A model generated the notes under the pieces. It saw only the letters and a list, made by a program, of their open reading frames with translations, was not told where the DNA came from and searched no databases. 64,000 nucleotides of DNA from Microthyrium microscopicum (taxonomy: Eukaryota): the NCBI GenBank assembly GCA_010405405.1, contig MU004238.1, positions 569,530 to 633,529 on the forward strand, read 5' to 3'. The translations under genes and the position numbers were made by a program. Each line of letters opens with the position of its first letter. Positions within the stretch are counted from its first letter, which is position 1. This document shows positions 57,074-64,000 of the stretch, one piece after another.

Positions 57074-59659
57074 ATGGCAAAACCTCCTATGCAATTAGTT
57101 GACTGGCTCGACGACATCTGCGTGCGCTTCATTATCAACCTCCCTAAAGAAGAACTCGAAAGCGTAGAACGGATTATATTTCAGATCGAGGAAGGACATT
57201 GGTACTATGAAGACTTCATCCGACCCCTCGACCCTACTCTCCCCTCCATCGGCCTCAAGCAATTCTGCTCCCACATATTCAACCATTGTCCACTTCTCCA
57301 AGGTTTCTCACATTTCTACACTGTTGCCTATGAGCAATTCTCCGCCTATAAATCACGAGTTCCCGTCCGCGGCGCAATCATGCTGAATGATAACATGACT
57401 CATGCTGTATTGGTCAAAGGATGGAAAAACTCGGCCAAGTGGAGCTTTCCTCGAGGCAAGATCAATAAGGAGGAAAGCGATTTCGATTGCGCGGTACGCG
57501 AGGTGTACGAAGAGACCGGTTATGACATTCAAGCAGCTGGTCTTGCCAGCGATCCGGAGAGCGCATTTCGAATCGACAGAACACTTCGCGAGCAGCAGAT
57601 ATGTCTTTTCGTCTTTCGAGGCGTACCCATGGATACATATTTTGAGCCACGGACGCGGAAAGAAATCAGCAAGATAGATTGGTACAAGATCTCCGATTTA
57701 CCTGGAAGCAAAACCAATCAGCAAAACGCCGACGGAACCATCAAAGGAAACCAATTCTACATGGTGACTCCTTTTGTGAACAACCTGAAGAAATGGATCA
57801 AGGAGCAACGTCAACTTGATCGAAGAAACAATGGACTAAATGCGCCAGAGCCAGTATTTGTAGAGGACAGTGGAGTTGGGACAGACATGGAAGCCATGCT
57901 ACCTGAAGTCGCTGAAAATCACAATTCGGAAGCTAGACACTTTCAGTCACTGATATCGCGACTCGATCACTCAACCCAGGTCCCAGCGGAGCCAGAGCTA
58001 TCCACCGATAATAGTCTGACCCAGACGGATGCTTTAGCCAGTCATCTGAAGAAACTCTTGAACGTGGGCTCTAGCGAAGTAATCACTGCTCCAGTAGCAG
58101 AAGCTCCGAACACTCAGATTCCTGTTCCTAGAGGGTCGCTCATGTCTCTATTGCAACCACAAAATTCCGTACCACCCCATACTCCTTTTGAGCAGATCGA
58201 ATCGTCTCCAGGACAGGCTCGAACACCGCATCATGTTCATGCTGGTCTTCATAACGTTGATACCACAGCTCCACCACCAATGTTCGAATTTCCTTCAGTG
58301 ATGCCAAATCCTCCTCCATACGCCTCAAACCAATTCGCGCACACCTCTACACCACGCCATTATGAACCATCGCCGCTTCAGCCACCTCAACAGCCATTTT
58401 ACGGACAGCTTCAGATGGTAAATGAAGCATCGAGGGTGCCAAATCCTACGTCCCACCCCCAGCCAGGACAACTTCCAACTGTGTCAGCGTCGCATGCCTC
58501 GCAGGCATATAACGGAGCTGCTCCTCCAGCCTCGAGTCTTCCTATGCCAAGGCTCACGGCGCATTCTCTTAATCTTCTCAACGCTTTCAAAGGGCCTGCC
58601 TCGACGCCCGATCCATCAACCCATGGCCAACCCTCTCAAATGGGTCCTCCTCCTATAATACCCTTTCGACAAGTCAAGAACGAGCCAGAAACCCTATTGA
58701 GCATTCTAGGAGTGTTTCCGAAAGAACCATCGATCGACATGCGATCCGAGTTGGATGCTGAGCGATCTCCCGCAGCACAAATCAATCCCTTCAATCCCAA
58801 AGCGGCTCAGGCCAACAAGCTCCTGGATATCTTCCGATCGTCGAAGGGCCCATCACCATCAGAAGTTGGCTCAGACAATCTACCGGCAGAACTTGCGCCA
58901 CCAGTCGCGGAGTTATCTGCTGGAACTCCTCTCAACACGCTGTCGCAGAACCCACTTGCCGGGGCTCATGTGTCGCAAGCTCAGAACATCACTTTAAGAA
59001 CCAATCTGCAAACTATAACGACTCATGATTTGACGTCGGCAACTGTTTCTGGCCCTTTGAATGCGCCGAATTTCGAGACTATGGCACGCACTAAGCCTGT
59101 AGAGCTAGGGAATGGCATGGAAAAGGCGACGACACCCGTGCCGGTCCATACTGTCGCTCCGGGCATGCCTTTAGAAGCTCCTCAAGCGATTCATGCTACC
59201 ACAATCCTCCAGCGGCAAATCACCCCAGCCAATATTGCTATGGCCCCTCCGCCTCTGCCTCAGAATGGTTCCATGCAGATGCCAGCGTCATTTGACCGAC
59301 GTGGAACCCAGCAGGCAGACCAGAAGTCAGCGCTCATGTCGTTGTTCAAGCCTGCCGCAGGAGTGAACATGAACCAAAGCTCCAATACCGGTGGCGTTGC
59401 ACTAGACCACCAGCGACGACATTCGCAGAACAGCCCACCTGTGAGCCCACTTCCGAGTCGTCGTGTTCCTGTAAAGGCGCAGTATGCGCCTCCATATATC
59501 AGTCAGACACCCTCAGCGATTTCAATGCCACGAAGCCGTGTGAGCAGCTTTGCGGATGAGACAGCTCGGGCAAGTGCAAGCCCGAAGAGTCCGATTACAC
59601 CTGTGGAAAAGAAATTTTTGTTTCAATTTCTGGAAGATGTAGCGAAGGGAGGGAAATGA
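57074..59659 (+). CDS. DCP2: mRNA decapping enzyme catalytic subunit
   Basis: Box A (LDDICVRFIINLP...FQIEEGHWYYEDF), Nudix box (WSFPRGKINKEESDFDCAVREVYEETG), FEPRTRKEISKIDW, and a long disordered tail. Confidence 0.96.
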   Translation: MAKPPMQLVDWLDDICVRFIINLPKEELESVERIIFQIEEGHWYYEDFIRPLDPTLPSIGLKQFCSHIFNHCPLLQGFSHFYTVAYEQFSAYKSRVPVRGAIMLNDNMTHAVLVKGWKNSAKWSFPRGKINKEESDFDCAVREVYEETGYDIQAAGLASDPESAFRIDRTLREQQICLFVFRGVPMDTYFEPRTRKEISKIDWYKISDLPGSKTNQQNADGTIKGNQFYMVTPFVNNLKKWIKEQRQLDRRNNGLNAPEPVFVEDSGVGTDMEAMLPEVAENHNSEARHFQSLISRLDHSTQVPAEPELSTDNSLTQTDALASHLKKLLNVGSSEVITAPVAEAPNTQIPVPRGSLMSLLQPQNSVPPHTPFEQIESSPGQARTPHHVHAGLHNVDTTAPPPMFEFPSVMPNPPPYASNQFAHTSTPRHYEPSPLQPPQQPFYGQLQMVNEASRVPNPTSHPQPGQLPTVSASHASQAYNGAAPPASSLPMPRLTAHSLNLLNAFKGPASTPDPSTHGQPSQMGPPPIIPFRQVKNEPETLLSILGVFPKEPSIDMRSELDAERSPAAQINPFNPKAAQANKLLDIFRSSKGPSPSEVGSDNLPAELAPPVAELSAGTPLNTLSQNPLAGAHVSQAQNITLRTNLQTITTHDLTSATVSGPLNAPNFETMARTKPVELGNGMEKATTPVPVHTVAPGMPLEAPQAIHATTILQRQITPANIAMAPPPLPQNGSMQMPASFDRRGTQQADQKSALMSLFKPAAGVNMNQSSNTGGVALDHQRRHSQNSPPVSPLPSRRVPVKAQYAPPYISQTPSAISMPRSRVSSFADETARASASPKSPITPVEKKFLFQFLEDVAKGGK

Positions 59660-60039
59660 TGAATGACGCTACGATCTATGACTGTGTTGCATCTAGCTAG
59701 GACTTGGCATTTGAAGTTGAGTTGGTATATTTATATGCCCTTGATGATCTAGCATCTGTGCTATATATCTCGTAGCAATCTAGCGTTGAACTTGCCAACA
59801 TTAACAGAGTCTATAATGTGAAGCTATTGAGAAAGTCGTACCTCGTCTACAGTCTATGGTACTCATAATCAGGTCCAGAGTTACTTAGTATGTTGGGTAA
59901 CCTAAAATAGTTGCTTGACGGATCTGACAAGGCTGACAAACATGTGATGAGGCTCTGTGCAGCTTTAAAAGACGTCAAAGCTTCCTCCTCTCCAACTTTA
60001 TGAGGCCGATCAATCTCTCCGCATCGTTCTTACAACAGT

Positions 60040-60990
60040 ATGAGTTCATCTCCATCTCCAAATCCTCCTGAATCTCCGCCGAGGAAATCCAAAGCTACAC
60101 CGAAAGCTACCTCCTCGAAATCTGCAAAACCTCCACCAAAACCATCACAAGCTCCAAAGACGTCGCAGGCTCCGTCCCCAAAGCCACCACAAGACGCAAA
60201 CGCCGAAGCTCCGCCCCCCGTCCAAGTAACGTCCGCATCAATATACTCGCATGACGATCATCAGCCTGACGATGCCGATCCAGGCCACCTAGAAGTTCCC
60301 GCCGACACGCACGATAACGACGATGATTCCGAAAACGATGATGGTTATCCGCCCATAGACGAAGATGCACCAGCGACCTCGTTACTTCCCCCGCCTAGCT
60401 TCAAGCCACTATTTTCCCTCATATCTGATCCGTTGACGAACGAAACGCACCATCCGTCTGTATACTATGTTTTCTCAGACGATGCGGATAATGAGCGAGA
60501 GGGACATGACGTCGCGACGATAGCGGCATTACGGGCACTTGATCAGAATTCACAACAAGTTGGAGATGAAGGCGGTGAGGAGTCTGAAGCAGAAGAGCGG
60601 TTTATATTGCTCGATATGGAGCCCACTGAAGGCCAGGATGAGTTGGGTTTGAAAGTACGGAATATCGCTAGTCTATCACCCGCCTGGGCTATTACTGCGG
60701 CGAATCTAAGACCTGCGCCGACGTTTGAGGAGGACGAAGAGAGTGAGTCGCTGATGCTTACGATAGAGGGATTGGAGCTGGCGGATCCTGGTTCGGGAGC
60801 TTCACATCGTAAACCTGTCGGGCGGATAAAGGAAGAAGCGGAACAGAAAGCTGCAGATCTACTACAAGAAGCCAGAAAGCGTGGAGGTGGTGGTGTAGTT
60901 GATGGACTTGGGGAGCTTTGGAGACATCTAAGCGAGGGACTGGCGGTTCTTGATAAAGTCACCGGAGATGAAGGGCCCAGAAGCTCGTGA
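60040..60990 (+). CDS. Conserved fungal protein, candidate remote Atg31 homolog
   Basis: Intronless 316-aa ORF with ATG in good context; motif order HPSVYYVFSDD...ERFILLD...SLSPAW...LTIEG...C-terminal helix. The CDS is well supported; the Atg31 identity is inference. Confidence 0.7.
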   Translation: MSSSPSPNPPESPPRKSKATPKATSSKSAKPPPKPSQAPKTSQAPSPKPPQDANAEAPPPVQVTSASIYSHDDHQPDDADPGHLEVPADTHDNDDDSENDDGYPPIDEDAPATSLLPPPSFKPLFSLISDPLTNETHHPSVYYVFSDDADNEREGHDVATIAALRALDQNSQQVGDEGGEESEAEERFILLDMEPTEGQDELGLKVRNIASLSPAWAITAANLRPAPTFEEDEESESLMLTIEGLELADPGSGASHRKPVGRIKEEAEQKAADLLQEARKRGGGGVVDGLGELWRHLSEGLAVLDKVTGDEGPRSS

Positions 60991-61038
60991 ATGATATGAG
61001 ATCTATCTAACAAGCATAATTCATGATATCCAATCTTC

Positions 61039-61904
61039 TTAGGCCGCCGTTGCTTCACCTTCTTCCTTCTCCTTCTCCTTCCCGTCAGCCTTCTGGTCAT
61101 CACCGAACGCCGCTCTTGTTCTCTTCACACTCCCCTCCAAACCCGCCAGCAAAGCCTTATTCGTACCAGGAATGATCATCTCAAAAGCCTCTTGAATAAC
61201 CGCGTACTCATAATATCCCAATCTAGCAATCGGCTTCGTCTTCCTCACATCCAGCTTCCCATCCGTCAACGCCCATTCCGCAATATGCACACCAACTACC
61301 TTCCCAATAACAACATCTACACTCCCCATAGGCGGATTCCCCGGCAAACGTATCGTGCTATGATACTCACACTCGAAACGTACCGGACTCTTCTCCACCA
61401 TCGGTACCGCCCTCCTCTCGCCGCCCTTAAGACATGCTTTCACCAACCTCGAATCGACCGTCTGTAACCCAGTCTTCACAAACTCATCAACCCCTGGCTC
61501 CAAAAACTCTGCACTAGCATTAACTTCCTCCCGCAAATCCCAGGTCGCCAAGTTCCAGCAGAAGACGCCGGTGGACTGGGCGTTTGCGGTGCTGTCTTTG
61601 GGGATGCCTTCGTGGGTCTGGTTGGCGGCGAACATTACGTAGGGGGGATCGTAGGTTAGGTTGTTGAATTGGCTGTATGGGGCGAGGTTGGGGATGCCGG
61701 TTGTGGAGAGCGTGGAGATCCAGCCGATGGGACGGGGGATTACGCAGGCCTAGGGATGTTGGTATGAGAATAAGGGTGGGGAGTTAGAAGGATATGGGAA
61801 GAAGGAAGAGCATGAAAGGTGTGTTCTGGGTATGGGGGGAGGTATACTTTGAATGGATCGTAGGGAAGACCATGATCTGTTTTGTTTGGCTCGTAGAATA
61901 CCAT
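61039..61904 (-). CDS. Flavin-reductase-like FMN-binding split-barrel protein (flavoredoxin-type), 2 exons
   Basis: MVFYEP...HGLPYDPFK|ACVIPRPIGWIST...NLAPYSQFN...KDSTANAQSTGVFCWN...SPVRFEC...PIARLGYYEY. Confidence 0.9.
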
Positions 61905-63466
61905 TTTCGTATTCGTAGGTTCTAATTGTTCAGATACTTACTGCGTGAGCGAACGGCGCAGGTCGTCTAGAATGGTCAATTACCTGATGTGTCGTGTAAG
62001 ATTGTAGATGATCAACGTTCAATGATAGCGATTGACGTTATCATATAGTACTTCTTTATATACATTGACATACAATCAGATTTCCGATTTTGATCATGTA
62101 GCTTACTTCCGAAAACCTGCTTCCCAATATAAAAGAGACAAATGGTGAGCTTCGGATGAGAGCTAATGCAAGACTTCGGCTATACACACGATATGCGGCA
62201 TCGGATAGCGGCAGCTTGCGAATTAGCTCGTGAGCCATCAACCCTCTTCTTACTTCGTGAGTCTGTCATTGTTACTTCGTACACCCCGCTGCTCATGCAG
62301 TATCAAGCTTCGACGATATACTGTAGGTTACATTGTCACTTTGATTAGGTTACCTCGCCGATTGCTCTTGATGGTCATATCTGGCAGGCTATAATGTTTA
62401 GCAAATTGCTGGTTCTTGATTGCATCTAAGGGGACAGAGTTCAAGACTTGGGGAATAGCTGATACAGGCTAAAAAAACATAATAAGATGAAAGCTCACGG
62501 ATAGCAACACTCAATAAACAGATCAGAGGTTGGGCGACGAGCTAAGGTAGATTTACTTCATTTTATATCCTTGCCAGAAACCTCCTATTTTCCCAATTCT
62601 AACCGCCTCACTCTCTCCACGAATTCTTGCTTCTTCCTTCTAGAAATTTGTAGTCCATAACATCTTCAAACTCACCGAAATGCGAGCGCCATCGCCCCAG
62701 GAAATAACGCCGTAGTTTGACTTGGCGACGGCAAAACAAGTTAAGCAACACGCCATTTCGCGTGAGCCGCAATCTCACCACATCCACATGGCGCTTTCCA
62801 CGTGCGGTCACTTTGAACTTTTCAACTTTTGAGCCTCTTCTTCTCCTTTTTCCTGCGGTTGCAAGCTGCCCAGTGGGAGCAGCCCAATCAAGCTCATTTC
62901 AACCGCCTTGCCAAGACTGCTGACACCAGTCGCTAGTATTTGTGGCGCGCATGTTGGCGGTCTTGGAAAGGTCCATCTTGAATTCTTGATGGAGAATTGA
63001 TCGCGATGCGGCCGTGAGCCTGGTCCTTCTATTGATTCTAACGAATCATGATCGTTACCTTCCCATTTTTGAGCTTGTTGAAAACCGCAGAATACGATCG
63101 TGGAATAAATTCCCGTATTATCCGTGCCGCCATTTTTTGCCATTGTCCTTTGCTTTACATGATATTTCTTTACTGTAGCTGAATTGTGGTTTATATCGTC
63201 GCGACTGCTCAAAAACGAACTCCTTAGAAACGACCTCACATCTGATCTCATTCGACTAAACATTTATGTCTAGCGTTATGAGCATGATCTATGCCTTGAT
63301 ACCCTTTGCATTATATTCTTTAACCTCGATTTCCGCGTAAATCCTACACACCTTCAATTCTCGACCAGCATAATATCCGTCACTCGAGTGCTACAGCAGA
63401 CTTAGAGTATACCACCCATACCTAGGATTTGGAGCTCTCATATCAACAATTTCAGATACCCTCAAA

Positions 63467-63992
63467 ATGCGGTCGATCCTCCTGCTGAGTAAAGCGACTC
63501 TCTTCCTCCTTGCTATCCTAGTAGCATCTACAGCCGCCATACCGAATCCCTCTCTCTCAACAACAACCACATCGTGAGTCCACTACCCAAACAACAGCAT
63601 AAACAATCATTTCTGACTGACCACCCAGATCACCATCTTCCACCGTTGACGAGGCCCTCAGCACAACAACTCCAATCCCCACCAGCACACCCGCCTCCTC
63701 CGCGCTCTCCAGCGGCGCACTAGCCGGCATAATAATCGGCAGCATCGCATTAGTCGGCATAGTCGGCCTCATAGTATACCTCCATCAAAACGGCTGGCCG
63801 CCCCTCTTTCCCAGCCGGAAGCGCCATGACTGGCAGCCCGACGACGACGGAGAAGGATCACCCAAAAAGAGTGCGATAGGAAGAGCAAGTACGGCGGCGC
63901 GGAGGGCGAGTTTGAAGATCACGAGGCCGGGGAATGTCATAACGAAGGACTATGCGTCTATGACGGATGAGGAGGGTCATGACGGGGTGTAG
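63467..63992 (+). CDS. Small type-I membrane protein (signal peptide, S/T-rich ectodomain, one TM helix; Mid2-like layout)
   Basis: Not in the ORF track. MRSILLLSKATLFLLAILVASTAA, an intron GTGAGT...CTGAC...CAG (~63573-63628), an S/T-rich stretch, LSSGALAGIIIGSIALVGIVGLIVYL, and a tail ending EEGHDGV*. Confidence 0.75.
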
Positions 63993-64000
63993 AAGGAGTA

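Noticed and set aside
62608..63263. 151-aa ORF abutting a 67-aa ORF in another frame (frameshift or pseudogene?)
   Set aside because: No family resemblance, convincing slippery site or clear intron; an orphan gene cannot be excluded.
1..64000. tRNA, rRNA, snRNA, TPP riboswitch, telomeric repeats, transposons, RIP-degraded AT-rich blocks, TGA-CTA readthrough
   Set aside because: Looked for signature strings by eye and found none; a covariance-model scan could still reveal small RNAs.

Overview
Gene-dense eukaryotic DNA from a filamentous ascomycete (Pezizomycotina), judged from short GT-AG introns with CTAAC/CTGAC branch points and fungus-specific gene families. I support about 25 protein-coding genes, mostly housekeeping: POL2 (runs off the left edge), SWI1/ARID, a GCNA-like SprT protease, a cyclase-family hydrolase, DUF4211, eIF2B-delta, RPC4, DPB11/Rad4, an alpha-arrestin, HEM3, NHA1, a LETM1-like protein, NAB3-like, PTH4/ICT1, UTP6, CWH43, DUF4112, DCP2 and a flavin-reductase-like protein. 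Accessory genes between them are a tandem pair of BTB/POZ paralogs, a HeLo-like protein carrying a degenerate Zn2Cys6 cluster, a Bys1-like secreted protein and a small single-pass membrane protein. I saw no tRNA, rRNA, CRISPR array, transposon or intein. The best leads are: (1) the HeLo-like/Zn2Cys6 fusion, a possible integrated-decoy-type protein; (2) a probable remote Atg31 homolog; (3) the BTB pair with a conserved 24-nt upstream element and an adjacent hairpin; (4) PTH4 and UTP6 stop codons lying within one inverted repeat. All family calls come from motif recognition by eye; no searches were run.
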